This document shows, piece after piece, positions 30,493 through 40,152 of a stretch of DNA of 64,000 bases. The position numbers were made by a program, and so were the translations under genes. The stretch covers positions 7,655 through 71,654 of IMG/VR virus record IMGVR_UViG_2834148589_000001. One strand, written 5' to 3'. Source of the DNA: a virus. Taxonomy: Duplodnaviria; Caudoviricetes. The number at the start of each line of letters is the position of its first letter. Position 1 is the first letter of the stretch. Below the pieces are notes generated by a model. The model made no database searches. It was given only the letters and a program-made list of their open reading frames with translations, and had not been told where the DNA came from.

Positions 30493-30734
30493 CCCTCCGC
30501 CTCCCCGATAGCGCGCAGGGCAACCTGCCCATCAATGATCTCACCGATCGGTTCCGGCTCTATCGCGTGGAAACCACCGTACTCTTCGACACCCAAGGCC
30601 CACAGGCAGTTGCCAGCGAGTCTTGTCGCCATCTTCGTCTGCGTCGGTAATAGCGAATGCTCTGCCAGCATCGTGAAGTTGGCGAAAGCTTGCGCGAGAA
30701 CAGTTGCCATTTCGTCCGGTGATTTTCTCGCCAT
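30489..30734 (-). CDS. Hypothetical protein
   Basis: Coupled ORF, start MARK. Confidence 0.55.
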   Translation of the reverse strand: MARKSPDEMATVLAQAFANFTMLAEHSLLPTQTKMATRLAGNCLWALGVEEYGGFHAIEPEPIGEIIDGQVALRAIGEAEG

Positions 30735-31477
30735 CACCCTTTCCCCCGCTCGTCGGCTGGCTTCACGGCCTCCTTTGCATCGGCGGCGGCGAGGATCCAC
30801 TGGCGCACTCCTGCCTCTTCCCAAAGGTCGCTGCCCTGGAACAGGCCTGCGGCTTCCCGCATCCCCTCGACCACCTTGACGCGGTCACGGGCTGCGAGGG
30901 CGCCGGTCTGGGGCTGGGTGGCGAGGGCGCGGATGGCGCGCTGTGCTGCCGAGATCGCTGCACCACAACAGTTCCCTTTGTCTTCCTCGGCCTCAAGCGC
31001 CTCACGGACCGCCTTGTCGGCCCTCCCCAACGTCGCCGCGATCAGCGCGTCACGCTCGGCCTGCGCGGCGGGGTTGGGTTCGAGGGCGGCGATGATGCGA
31101 CGAACGGTTGCGCGCGCTTCACCCTCGGCAAAGCTGTTCCCGCCGTCCGTGTACTCTTGCACGTCCTGCCAGCCCGCGCTGTTTTCAGCAGCCCATATCA
31201 TTGCGGACCAGACAGCACGCTCAGCAACACCGGGCTTCACCCTCACCGCCCCTTCCATAGCGGCGGCAAGCTGGGCCTCGGCGGCGGTGGCGCGGGCCAG
31301 CGCAGACCCGATAGCCTCGGCGTCTCCGTGCTTCTCCGTGCCAAGGACGCCTGCATGTTCCACCAGCGCACGGATCATCTCGGATGCGCCCTCGTCGTAG
31401 CTGTCCCACGCGGACGGATTGTTGACCATGTAAGCCGCTTCATTGAGAAGCTTGTAGTGCGTATGCTCGTCAGTCAT
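30734..31477 (-). CDS. Hypothetical phage protein
   Basis: Coupled ORF, start MTDE. Confidence 0.6.
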   Translation of the reverse strand: MTDEHTHYKLLNEAAYMVNNPSAWDSYDEGASEMIRALVEHAGVLGTEKHGDAEAIGSALARATAAEAQLAAAMEGAVRVKPGVAERAVWSAMIWAAENSAGWQDVQEYTDGGNSFAEGEARATVRRIIAALEPNPAAQAERDALIAATLGRADKAVREALEAEEDKGNCCGAAISAAQRAIRALATQPQTGALAARDRVKVVEGMREAAGLFQGSDLWEEAGVRQWILAAADAKEAVKPADERGKG

Positions 31478-31922
31478 TTGCCTTCCCCTCCTTCCGGGCG
31501 CGGTGGGCCACATAGAATGCAACCCATTCTGGGGTATCTTTCAGGCGTCCCCCGGTATTCTCTGCACGCCAAGTGCCGTGCTCAATGGCCCCCTTCACGC
31601 CCTCGACGATGGCGATCAGGCTGAACCCGCTCGCCAGAACTTTGGCCGCATCCGCCTTAGCCGCCGCGACTTCCTCCTGCGCCCGCTTCAAGCCAGCGTT
31701 TAGCGTCCGGATAGCCCGCTCCATCGCCCGGATGTCGTCGCGAAGATCGCGCAGAAGCCGCTCGTTTGACGGGGCCGCGTCGATTTCCTCGTCAAGTTCC
31801 ACCTTGCGCTCGTCGGGGGTGAAGTCGAGCGGGGCGTCGGTCAGGTCTTCGATGGCGTGCCGGGCGGCGGTGGCGAGGGGGTCGGTGCTGGCCCGGAGGC
31901 GGGTTTTCAGGTGGTCAAACAT
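31470..31922 (-). CDS. Hypothetical phage protein
   Basis: Start MFDH; RLKDTPEWV. Confidence 0.55.
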   Translation of the reverse strand: MFDHLKTRLRASTDPLATAARHAIEDLTDAPLDFTPDERKVELDEEIDAAPSNERLLRDLRDDIRAMERAIRTLNAGLKRAQEEVAAAKADAAKVLASGFSLIAIVEGVKGAIEHGTWRAENTGGRLKDTPEWVAFYVAHRARKEGKAND

Positions 31923-32217
31923 GCTCCACCCCCAGCGCTTCCCGCGCTTCCTTCGCCATGCGCTTGCCGATGCTCGCCATGCCGGGTGTTCCCATGGCGG
32001 CGATGCGGGTGAGGGCTGCCTTGTAGTGGTCGCGCTGGGATGTGGCGATGTCGAAGGCGTGTTCTGCGCCGTCACGTTCGGCGTTTGCCTTGGCGCAAGC
32101 GTCCAGCCCTTGCCCGTATGCCTCGCCCACCATGTCAGCGAACATTCTCGCGTGGGCCACGGCGTTGCTCAGCGCCCCGCCCGAGATAAAGTCGGCCAGC
32201 TTCTCACGAAAGGTCAT
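31915..32217 (-). CDS. Hypothetical phage protein
   Basis: Start MTFREKL. Confidence 0.55.
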   Translation of the reverse strand: MTFREKLADFISGGALSNAVAHARMFADMVGEAYGQGLDACAKANAERDGAEHAFDIATSQRDHYKAALTRIAAMGTPGMASIGKRMAKEAREALGVEHV

Positions 32218-32413
32218 TGCTCTTCTCCTTGTCACGGGCGTTGATCGCATCGCAGATGACGCTGGCGAGATTGGCCTGCACCTCCCTGTTGCGCAGGGTG
32301 TCGTCGTGGCACAGGAAGGCGATCTGCCCGACCATGCGGCCATCCGGGGCGATCAGGTGGACGCTGTTTCCGACAACGCTGGACCAGTGCCCGACTTCGG
32401 CTTTCAGCTTCAT
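32204..32413 (-). CDS. Hypothetical protein
   Basis: Coupled ORF. Confidence 0.5.
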   Translation of the reverse strand: MKLKAEVGHWSSVVGNSVHLIAPDGRMVGQIAFLCHDDTLRNREVQANLASVICDAINARDKEKSNDLS

Positions 32414-32607
32414 CAGATCAGCCCCTTCTCAGTTGCCAGCCATTCCGGCAGCACCACGGCCTCGATGCCGGGGATGCCGGTGTCGTGCAGCTCGACCTGC
32501 GAAAGCGGAAGCCAGACGGACTTCTCTTTGTCCCCAGTGTGGACCAGCACGGCTTTCTCGGTGCGGTGGGTCACTTCAACGTCGATCTCGGTAAGGTTGG
32601 ATCTCAT
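32413..32607 (-). CDS. Conserved small phage protein
   Basis: TEKAVLV...WLPLSQ...PEWLATEKGL. Confidence 0.7.
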   Translation of the reverse strand: MRSNLTEIDVEVTHRTEKAVLVHTGDKEKSVWLPLSQVELHDTGIPGIEAVVLPEWLATEKGLI

Positions 32608-32611
32608 CGGC

Positions 32612-32971
32612 CTAGTCCTTCCAGCGGGGCACGGTGCCGCCGCCGACTTTGCGTTTCAGGTGATGGTTGCGGCTTCCGGGGATGGGCCGGGTGGGCTTCG
32701 GTTTGGCGTTGATGTGCCCGCGCTGTACGCGCTTGGCCTTGGCAATGCGGGGCACGTCCTCTTTCGCCGTCTTCGCCCCATGACAAGAGCGGCAGAGAAC
32801 GGCGCAGTTATCGAGCGTCGGCTCTCCCCCGAGGGCGTCGGGAATGCGGTGATCGTACTCGGGGCCGTTGCCGGGGCGGATGGAGACGCCGCACTCTTCG
32901 CAGCAGCCCTTGGCGCGCTCGAAAGCGGCAGCGCGGATCTTGCCCGGAAACTCGGACCGGCGGCGGCTCAT
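32612..32971 (-). CDS. HNH endonuclease
   Basis: CEECG...YDH...N..LCRSCH. Confidence 0.88.
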   Translation of the reverse strand: MSRRRSEFPGKIRAAAFERAKGCCEECGVSIRPGNGPEYDHRIPDALGGEPTLDNCAVLCRSCHGAKTAKEDVPRIAKAKRVQRGHINAKPKPTRPIPGSRNHHLKRKVGGGTVPRWKD

Positions 32972-33153
32972 GTGTCCAGCCCCCCGTTGGTGTGGTCCGG
33001 GTAGCGGTCGGCCATCTCGTCGGCGTAGATGCGGAGCCTCGTCGCAATACCGGGAAGATATGCGCCCGCCTCGATGCATTTTTCCGTGAAGACCTGAACG
33101 GCACGCTCCAGTTCGTCCACCGCTTCCCTGACTTGTTGCATGTCGGTGCTCAT
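32968..33153 (-). CDS. Hypothetical protein
   Basis: ATGA-coupled. Confidence 0.5.
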   Translation of the reverse strand: MSTDMQQVREAVDELERAVQVFTEKCIEAGAYLPGIATRLRIYADEMADRYPDHTNGGLDT

Positions 33154-33491
33154 CCCGCCTCTCCGATGGCACGGCGGAAGGCGGCGAGGGCGGCATCGCG
33201 CTTGTGACGCCAGTCGATATCCTGACCACTCCCCCAGACCCACGGGCTGGATGCGTTGTCCAGCATTTCTGCCAATTCCCCAGCCGCCAACAGCGCGGCC
33301 TCAAGGTCGGGAACCCGGGCGATGCGGCGGGCTGTGCTTTCTTCAAAGGCCGGGCATGACTCGCATTTGATGATCGCAATCCAGTGGCGCTCGCTGAAAA
33401 TTTGCAGGTTGCGCGTTCCCTCCAGAACGCGCCACTGGCCGGGTAGAATTCTGCGATCACGATCCGCTTTGATGTCGTCAATCAGGCTCAT
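33150..33491 (-). CDS. Hypothetical phage protein
   Basis: PGQW...ARRIARVPDL. Confidence 0.55.
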   Translation of the reverse strand: MSLIDDIKADRDRRILPGQWRVLEGTRNLQIFSERHWIAIIKCESCPAFEESTARRIARVPDLEAALLAAGELAEMLDNASSPWVWGSGQDIDWRHKRDAALAAFRRAIGEAG

Positions 33492-33997
33492 GCTGCGTTC
33501 CTTTTCAGTTCCTCGGGCGCCACGCCGATCTTCGCGGCGATCCAGCCCAGAATGGCTTCCTTGCTCTCTTGGAACCGGGCCTTGCCCATGGCCCGATACG
33601 ACTGGCTTTCCGGCGTCCAGATGCGCACCACGGGGCCGATTACCTGCCCGACCGCGTAGCCTTCGGCCTTGGTCTCGGCCCGGATCAGCTCGGCCCTGAC
33701 GCGCTGCGCGGCGGCGTTCGAACCGCAATCGAGCGTGTAGAGCCGGTGGAACCCGGTCGCGATCAGCGCGTGTTTCCGAAGCGTCTCCGGGGTCTCAGCC
33801 CACGGCTGGAAGGCTTCGGCTTCCGGCAGGCTTGCCCACGCGTCCTTGACCCACGCGAACTGGTGCTTGTGGCTGTTCTCGCTGCGCACCCTCTCGATGC
33901 TGACAAAGACGGTCTCGCCCTCTGCCAGATCCGGCAGGTTGTTCGCGAGGATGCGAACCGTGGCGGGGCCGATGACGCGGGCGCGGTAGTCGCTCAT
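33488..33997 (-). CDS. NinB-like recombination accessory protein
   Basis: RSENSH...SQSYRAMGKARF; recombination module context. Confidence 0.55.
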   Translation of the reverse strand: MSDYRARVIGPATVRILANNLPDLAEGETVFVSIERVRSENSHKHQFAWVKDAWASLPEAEAFQPWAETPETLRKHALIATGFHRLYTLDCGSNAAAQRVRAELIRAETKAEGYAVGQVIGPVVRIWTPESQSYRAMGKARFQESKEAILGWIAAKIGVAPEELKRNAA

Positions 33998-34191
33998 ACC
34001 GGCCCCGCGATTTGGAAGTCACGCGCCCAGACCTTCGCCACGGCCCTGAAAACAACCGCCGGGTCTGCCGCGACCTTCGCGTGAATCCAGCCCTCGGCAA
34101 AGGCGCAAGCCCGGGCCTCGTCGTCATAACCCCCGAGGTCTCGGGCGGTGCGGAGAGCGGTCAGGGCGCGGGCTTCAAGGGCGGCGGTCAT
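33994..34191 (-). CDS. Hypothetical protein
   Basis: ATGA-coupled. Confidence 0.5.
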   Translation of the reverse strand: MTAALEARALTALRTARDLGGYDDEARACAFAEGWIHAKVAADPAVVFRAVAKVWARDFQIAGPV

Positions 34192-35138
34192 GCGGCAACC
34201 TTTCCCTTCCAGACCTTCACCCCGGCGATGGCGCGGTCCTTGTGGTGGGTGCGCACGTATTCCTCGATGAAGGCGGTCATCGCGGCCCGGTCATTCTGGG
34301 CGATCCAGTGAAGGGCGGCGCGGTGGTCTTCGATCTCGTACAGAGTGACGGTGCGCAGGCCCTTCACAGTGTCCTTGCTGGCGCGGGCGGCGGCCTTTTG
34401 CGCGGCCTCGGCCTCGGCTTGCAGGCGGTCGGCTTCACGCTGCGCCTCGATGTTCGCGGCATCGGCGGCGCGGGCGGCTTCCTGCGCGGCGCGCATCTTG
34501 GCTTCGGCTTCCTCGCGGGCCTTGCGCTCTGCCTCGGCCTTCTGCGCGGCCAGAGCGCGCTTGAAGCTGTCCACGAGGGCGACGAGGCCTTTCTCGATAC
34601 GCTTGGCGTCCTCGATGGTCGGCGCCCACCGGGCTTTCTCGGCCTTCCAGGCATCGTGCAGCGGCGCGGCGGCGGACTTTTCGCCCGCCTCCAGCGCCAT
34701 GCGCCACTCGCGGGCGCCTTTGCGCAGCTCGTCGACGGCCTTCATCTGGTCTTCGCTCTCGACGGGAGATCCGTCGAGCCAGTTCTCGGCCTCCTCGCGG
34801 ATGGCTTCGTGAGCGGCGTTGATTTCGTCGATGGGGTCGGGCGGGTTGTTCCCGCCGATGCCGTGCCGGCTTCTGGAGAAGTGATCAGCGACAGCGATCA
34901 TGCCCTCGTTCGCTGTCTTCCAGTCGGCAAGGTCCGCGCCGTCCAGCGGGGCGGGGCCGAGGATCGGCTTGCAGGCGAAATCCGGTTCTTCGACATCGAC
35001 GGCATGAACGGTGACGGCTTTCCGCCCTTCGCGAGCATCGACCAGAACGCGCTGACCGGGGGTAAGCGCTTCATCGCCGTCATAGGTGTAGGTGTAGGTG
35101 CGAATGTCGGTCGGCTGGAACTTTACGGAAACGAACAT
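34188..35138 (-). CDS. Coiled-coil recombination-module protein
   Basis: IGGNNPP, long Ala-rich helix, C-terminal IAGVKVW. Confidence 0.6.
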   Translation of the reverse strand: MFVSVKFQPTDIRTYTYTYDGDEALTPGQRVLVDAREGRKAVTVHAVDVEEPDFACKPILGPAPLDGADLADWKTANEGMIAVADHFSRSRHGIGGNNPPDPIDEINAAHEAIREEAENWLDGSPVESEDQMKAVDELRKGAREWRMALEAGEKSAAAPLHDAWKAEKARWAPTIEDAKRIEKGLVALVDSFKRALAAQKAEAERKAREEAEAKMRAAQEAARAADAANIEAQREADRLQAEAEAAQKAAARASKDTVKGLRTVTLYEIEDHRAALHWIAQNDRAAMTAFIEEYVRTHHKDRAIAGVKVWKGKVAA

Positions 35139-35149
35139 GGGCTTGCTCC

Positions 35150-35782
35150 TCAGTAGGGGATTTCGTCATCTTCGATGGCGGTCTGGGACAGGGCGGCCTT
35201 GCGGCGCTCTTTGGCGTCGGCGCAGGCCTGAACCCGCTGCATGTCGCCACCAATCGCGCGCCAACGTTCGGCCAGCTGCTCCAGCGTCTCGGCCCCAGAG
35301 AGGGCAGCAACGGCAGCCGCGACCGGATCGAAGCCATCGTTCTCCCGTGTCGAAGCGCGCCGCTCGTCACGCTTCGGCGCAGCATTGGCGGCTGCATTGC
35401 CGTCATCATCTTCCGGCGCGATCCCCGCCATGCACATGAGGCCGTAGCGCCGTGCATAGGTGACGGCGGAGCCATAGCCCTGCATGTCATTCTTCGAGAC
35501 GATCAGCGGGACGCGGCAGGTCAGCCGTTCGCCGCTGACGTGGATCAGAACCGTTTCGACAAAGCGTTCGTCGCCCTCGGCCCCGGCGGGCTGAATAAGG
35601 GCAATGCCATGCCGGTTCAGGGCCGGAAGGCATGCTTCCATCACGTTCCCGAGGTCCGCATACTTGCTGCGGAAATGCGGATTGTTCGCCTGCTTCAGCG
35701 CTTTGCCCATTTCTGCTTGCGCGGCGGCGAGGGCAGCAGCGATGCTGGCGTGGTCAGCCTTCGTTTCGGTCACGGCGTTCAT
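35150..35782 (-). CDS. ERF family single-strand annealing protein
   Basis: NPHFRSKYADL, QGYGSAVTYARRY, EDDDG. Confidence 0.93.
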   Translation of the reverse strand: MNAVTETKADHASIAAALAAAQAEMGKALKQANNPHFRSKYADLGNVMEACLPALNRHGIALIQPAGAEGDERFVETVLIHVSGERLTCRVPLIVSKNDMQGYGSAVTYARRYGLMCMAGIAPEDDDGNAAANAAPKRDERRASTRENDGFDPVAAAVAALSGAETLEQLAERWRAIGGDMQRVQACADAKERRKAALSQTAIEDDEIPY

Positions 35783-35928
35783 TGTGGATACTCCATGTTG
35801 GCGGCGTCATGCTCGGCCTGAGCCAGAGCGCGGGGCAGGGCGTTGGCGAGGACGAGCATCCCGCCGAAGACAGCGACGGTGGCGAGGCCGGTGGTGAAGC
35901 CGCTGAGGATGCGGCGGAAGGTGGTCAT
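35779..35928 (-). CDS. Small membrane protein
   Basis: 49 aa, one hydrophobic helix, ATGA-coupled. Confidence 0.5.
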   Translation of the reverse strand: MTTFRRILSGFTTGLATVAVFGGMLVLANALPRALAQAEHDAANMEYPQ

Positions 35929-36260
35929 TCACGGCACCCGTTCACGGCAACCTGCGTGGCCAGATCCCCGAAGGACCGGACCTTCGCCGGGTCATTCCCG
36001 CCCATCATGCGGATCATCGCCGCGACCCGGGGCAGGGACACGGAAGGGCCATAGAGCGCGGGGCCGGTGCGGGTGCTGCGAAACACCGGCTCGCGCTCCT
36101 TGACGATGGCGCTCGGGCGCGGGTCGTGGTCGGGCTGCCACGGCTCCATGCCGGTGCGGTCAATGACGGCGGATTGTCCGGCGACCATGCGAGCGACGAC
36201 GGTGGCGCGGGTCTCAGGCGACAGAAGGGCGGCGATGCCGTGGCGAATGGCGCGGGTCAT
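35925..36260 (-). CDS. Hypothetical protein
   Basis: ATGA-coupled. Confidence 0.5.
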   Translation of the reverse strand: MTRAIRHGIAALLSPETRATVVARMVAGQSAVIDRTGMEPWQPDHDPRPSAIVKEREPVFRSTRTGPALYGPSVSLPRVAAMIRMMGGNDPAKVRSFGDLATQVAVNGCRE

Positions 36261-36619
36261 GCGGCGTTCCACTCTTCGACGAGGCTTTCCGCGCAGGCCA
36301 TGAAATCCATGGCGGTGTCGTCCAGCTGGTTGCGGTCTTCGGTGCGGTGGGTGACGGCCAGCGACATGGCCAAGCCCTCGCCCCGCGCCAGTTCATTCAG
36401 CAGGTTCTCGACCGCCGTGTTCCGGGCTGCGTGCGCTGCGTCCATGGCGATATGCAGGGCGATGGCCAGCGCGTTGCGGTTCACGGCGTCGGTGTGGCTG
36501 GCCAGGGTCGTCCCGTCAGGGGCGGGCGTCCGGAGCGCAGCAAGCGGGTACAGCGAGGCCTCGGCCACCATCGCGGCGACGGCGGCATGCGTGGCGGGGA
36601 AGCGGGCGGGTGCGTTCAT
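36257..36619 (-). CDS. First gene of leftward early operon
   Basis: GGGAGAG RBS before MNAP. Confidence 0.55.
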   Translation of the reverse strand: MNAPARFPATHAAVAAMVAEASLYPLAALRTPAPDGTTLASHTDAVNRNALAIALHIAMDAAHAARNTAVENLLNELARGEGLAMSLAVTHRTEDRNQLDDTAMDFMACAESLVEEWNAA

Positions 36620-36676
36620 CTGGTCTCTCCCATGTTCCGCGATCAGCCGGTGGCGTCTTCGGCGGGTGATGGGGAG

Positions 36677-36729
36677 ACTATGATGGGGGAACTTCCCCAT
36701 GTCAATCAGAAATGGGGGAACTCCCCCAT
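36677..36729 (-). promoter_or_regulatory. PL-like promoter with two palindromic operators
   Basis: TTGACA-17-CATAGT on minus strand; ATGGGGGAACTTCCCCAT at 36683 and ATGGGGGAACTCCCCCAT at 36712. Confidence 0.8.
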
Positions 36730-36848
36730 ATTCGTCTTTGCGCAGTTACTGTGGGCTGCTATCTTGCCCCTACCGGCGCCGTGGTGGCGCGCATGAAAAA
36801 GCCCCGCACGGGGCGGGGCGAGCAAGGCGGGGGTGGTATGACTGAGCC

Positions 36849-37478
36849 TTATGTTTTGGCAGCGCTGTCTTCTATGGTTTCAGCCATTCTTATTGCGGTT
36901 GCGGCGTGGATTCTGAGCTCGTGCGTTCGGCGGATGGGCCGCATTGGCGCATCCCTCCGGGTTAGCGTGAGCCGGATTGAAAACTTGGGACCGGAAGAAA
37001 GCCGCCACTCCAAGGATCGCCAGAACACCTTAGCCAGCCATAGCCTCAGCGAAGATCCCCAAGATGATGCTTCTCGGCGCAGCGCCGATGCGTCTGGGTA
37101 GACAACGAGCGCAAGGGTTCCGCTCTTCATTGGCTCTATAACCCCCTGGAGGGGCGCTGTGTCTGCGCCCCAGCTTTCGTGCTTGGTATCTGGTCTCCCG
37201 TCAAACCAGCGCTCGACACGTTGAATTGGACCACGGACGCGAACCCTGTCGGCGATCATCGTCTTGCTCGTTTGATTTAAGACGTGGCAAATGACGCGAA
37301 AGCACCCATGATGTATCTCAAGCTCCCACTCGACGGTCAGCTTCTGGCGCCTGTCCAGCCAGTTTGTTAAGGCGGTATATCCGGTGAACATCGCCGTGAG
37401 AAGTGCGGCGACAGAGCCGACCAGCGTAATCCAATTGTATGCTGATGGGGCTCCAACCCATTCGAAAAACTCAACCAT
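36849..37478 (-). CDS. Membrane-anchored accessory protein downstream of cI
   Basis: N-terminal TM helix, lower GC, followed by hairpin/T-tract near 36795-36820. Confidence 0.65.
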   Translation of the reverse strand: MVEFFEWVGAPSAYNWITLVGSVAALLTAMFTGYTALTNWLDRRQKLTVEWELEIHHGCFRVICHVLNQTSKTMIADRVRVRGPIQRVERWFDGRPDTKHESWGADTAPLQGVIEPMKSGTLALVVYPDASALRREASSWGSSLRLWLAKVFWRSLEWRLSSGPKFSIRLTLTRRDAPMRPIRRTHELRIHAATAIRMAETIEDSAAKT

Positions 37479-37520
37479 CCCCCCCTCACATATCCAGCAT
37501 CGTCCGGTAGACGCGGGCGA

Positions 37521-38177
37521 TCAGTCGATCCGCCTGACGTACTCGGGCGGCAAATTGATGCGCACCGGCGCGGCCCATCTGAGGCGGACCCCGTGCATAT
37601 TCTCTGCTTCCGGGTTCAGTGAAATAAGGCTGAAGGTGCCCTCCTCGCGGCCAACGCGAACGATCTTCACCCAAGCCTTCCCGGCCTCATCCTCGCAAAC
37701 GCAGATCCGGCCGATCGCCTCGGATGGCACGCCCAGTGCTTCGCGGCTGTAGAAGAGGATTTCGCCGGGTTGGTAGATCGGAGACATGCTGTCCCCCTCG
37801 ACCTCCACCGCGACAATCCCACGCGGGCTGACCCCTTCGGGAACGGCCACGCGGAATAGGCCGTCACCCTTCTCGTAAGCGTCTACCAGATCTACCTGGG
37901 CCCCCGCACCAACTCGCCCGGCGACCGCCACGGAACCGGCAACTGCCTCGATCACCCCCTCGATGCCAATCTGAACGATCTCATCGACTGATCGACCAAC
38001 CGCTTTTGCCAACGCAACTGCATTCGCAACCTTCGGCGACGACTCGTGCCTGAACAGGTCGCGCACGCCCGATTCACCCATGCCAGCAGCAAGGGACAGC
38101 GGTTTCATTTTCCACTGCTCGGCATCCATGATGATTTTGAGGCCTCGCACGAAGGCATCGCGGTGCTGTTCGGTCAT
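37521..38177 (-). CDS. CI-like repressor, HTH + S24
   Basis: VGAG, VEGDSM, WVK. Confidence 0.9.
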   Translation of the reverse strand: MTEQHRDAFVRGLKIIMDAEQWKMKPLSLAAGMGESGVRDLFRHESSPKVANAVALAKAVGRSVDEIVQIGIEGVIEAVAGSVAVAGRVGAGAQVDLVDAYEKGDGLFRVAVPEGVSPRGIVAVEVEGDSMSPIYQPGEILFYSREALGVPSEAIGRICVCEDEAGKAWVKIVRVGREEGTFSLISLNPEAENMHGVRLRWAAPVRINLPPEYVRRID

Positions 38178-38252
38178 ATGGGGAAAGTACCCCGCGCGAA
38201 TTTTGCGCGCGATGGGGAAGTTCCCCTTGCCAAAGTGGGGGAGTTCCCCCAT
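38178..38252. promoter_or_regulatory. Three OR-like operators
   Basis: TGGGG..A...CCCC palindromes at 38178, 38212 and 38235, same motif as at PL. Confidence 0.8.
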
Positions 38253-38262
38253 CATGCTCTGC

Positions 38263-38463
38263 ATGGAACAGCTCATCTCAGAAATCGAGCGCCACTGCGC
38301 TGAACGCCAGATCACCCCGCAGGCATTCCTCCGCGAGGCGATCAACGCGAGCTGGCGTCAGTGGCAGGACTGGAAAGACGGCAAGGCCAGCCCCCGGCTC
38401 GAAACCGCTGACCGGATCCGCGCTTACATGCGGGACAACCCCCCGATCCGCGCCGCCTCGTAA
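38263..38463 (+). CDS. Cro-like repressor
   Basis: SPRLETADRIRAYM; divergent from cI. Confidence 0.8.
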   Translation: MEQLISEIERHCAERQITPQAFLREAINASWRQWQDWKDGKASPRLETADRIRAYMRDNPPIRAAS

Positions 38464-38557
38464 CCTCATATCAAACTCCTTTCGCCTGTGAAGCATGGGC
38501 GCGAGGACTGCGCCCGTCACGCGAAACCAGCACTGCGCAATTCACAGGACCCTCCCC

Positions 38558-39070
38558 ATGACCCGCGCCACGACCCCCGGAACCATCCAAGAGGCTGTTC
38601 AGGCCTGCTATGACGCCTATGGCGACCAAAAGAAGATCGCCGGGGATCTCGGCATCGCCGGGTCCTCGGTGTCCTACGGGACCGAGATCCAGGACGTTCG
38701 CCCGGGAGGGCTCGGCGTGAACTATCTCGACCGGCTGGGGCGCGTGAAGCCGGAAGCCGCGGCGCCGATCGCTCAGTATTTCGCCGCACTCGCGGGCGGT
38801 GTCTTCCAGCCGATCATCGAAGAGGGTGCGCTGGCTGCCGATGTGCACCGGATCACGCAGGAGTTTTCCGACGTCCTGACGATGCATGCGCAGGCGCACT
38901 CGGCCGCGTCGTGCGACCCCAACGATTACACGCCTCACGAGGCCCGCAAGCAGATCCGCGAGATCGACCAGCTGGTCGCGGTCTCGATGCAGTTCCGTGC
39001 CTCGCTCTTGTTGCGGGCCGAAGGCCCTGCGCAGACCACCATTCCGTTCCGTGGTGGGGTGCGCCGATGA
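38558..39070 (+). CDS. CII-like regulator
   Basis: 6 aa differences in 169 versus the prophage 1 copy. Confidence 0.7.
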   Translation: MTRATTPGTIQEAVQACYDAYGDQKKIAGDLGIAGSSVSYGTEIQDVRPGGLGVNYLDRLGRVKPEAAAPIAQYFAALAGGVFQPIIEEGALAADVHRITQEFSDVLTMHAQAHSAASCDPNDYTPHEARKQIREIDQLVAVSMQFRASLLLRAEGPAQTTIPFRGGVRR

Positions 39071-39495
39071 CCGCCCGCCAAAGAGACGCTTGGGTCTCAG
39101 ATATTGAAGTGAACGATGAATCGGTGCGCGCGATCATGCTCAGTATCGCCGCTGAATGTCAGGAGGCTGCTGCTCTTCGTGGCGTCTCGCGCGAGGCGAT
39201 TGAGCTGCAGCTGGGCGTCTGCCTTGGCGAACTCGACGGCGAGCTGGCCGGCCTCTTGAGCATTCGCCCAGTTCCCGCAGAGAACGCATCCGACCTCCTC
39301 GCGATCCGCATCGGGTTCAGCCCGGCGGGCTATCGGCGCCTCGCAGAAGCCGCAAAGGATCGGATAGCTCACATCGTTGATGGCGATGGTGATCGCGTCG
39401 TCGTCGGTCATGGCAACTCCCCCACTGGCACAGAACCGGGTCAATCCTGCGATGCACGGCCCGGTGGAGTCGAGTCGAAAGGTGACACCCAATGA
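39067..39495 (+). CDS. Hypothetical protein (overlaps an antisense ORF)
   Basis: ATGA-coupled at both ends. Confidence 0.4.
   Translation: MTARQRDAWVSDIEVNDESVRAIMLSIAAECQEAAALRGVSREAIELQLGVCLGELDGELAGLLSIRPVPAENASDLLAIRIGFSPAGYRRLAEAAKDRIAHIVDGDGDRVVVGHGNSPTGTEPGQSCDARPGGVESKGDTQ
39097..39411 (-). CDS. Zinc-finger accessory protein
   Basis: CGFC...CVLC, GGGGAG RBS. Confidence 0.55.
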   Translation of the reverse strand: MTDDDAITIAINDVSYPILCGFCEAPIARRAEPDADREEVGCVLCGNWANAQEAGQLAVEFAKADAQLQLNRLARDATKSSSLLTFSGDTEHDRAHRFIVHFNI

Positions 39496-39704
39496 CCGCC
39501 CGATCCATCAAAGCAGAGCGCATCGCATATCAGATCTGGGCGCTGATCCAGCGCACGGGTGGCGATTGCACGCTTCACGACATGGCCGAGGCGACGGGCG
39601 AAAGCTGGCAAACCTGCCGGGCCATTTCCGGCTCGCGCGGATGGACCACACATTACCGCAAGATCACCACCGACATCGAGTTTCGGGAGGTAGACGCGGC
39701 ATGA
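39492..39704 (+). CDS. Small HTH protein
   Basis: TLHDMAEATGESWQTC. Confidence 0.6.
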   Translation: MTARSIKAERIAYQIWALIQRTGGDCTLHDMAEATGESWQTCRAISGSRGWTTHYRKITTDIEFREVDAA

Positions 39705-39827
39705 GCGCCTATTCCACCCATACCGCGCGCAACCGTCCAGCCGCTGCGCACGGCCACGCCAGCCCGGCATCGGCAGCGCCCCAAAGGGGGAGCCGGGCTG
39801 GCGCCATCTTCAACAACGAGGCTCCAC

Positions 39828-40046
39828 ATGTTCAAGCACTACGCGGCATTGCTTTCGTACATCTTCGGCCCGGCTCAGGCCATGGCTCCGGAACAGGCTA
39901 TTCTCTGGTCGCCATCCGGACCGCAGCACGAACCGACCGCGCCCGCGCGCAAGCGGTCCGGTCGATCGATGACCGTCGCGCAGCAAAAGCGCGTCTCGGC
40001 CAAGCGCCGGGCTGTGCGCCGTGCGCGCAAGCTCGGGCACGCCTGA
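39828..40046 (+). CDS. Small basic protein
   Basis: GAGG RBS; QKRVSAKRR tail. Confidence 0.5.
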   Translation: MFKHYAALLSYIFGPAQAMAPEQAILWSPSGPQHEPTAPARKRSGRSMTVAQQKRVSAKRRAVRRARKLGHA

Positions 40047-40152
40047 CCCCCCATTCGACGGCAGAGCGTTGTCCCCGCGACGGGCGCTCGTGGTGCGCTA
40101 TCCGGGGCGGCGCTGCCGTTGAAGCCCCGGCTTTACACGAAAGGGCCTCTGC

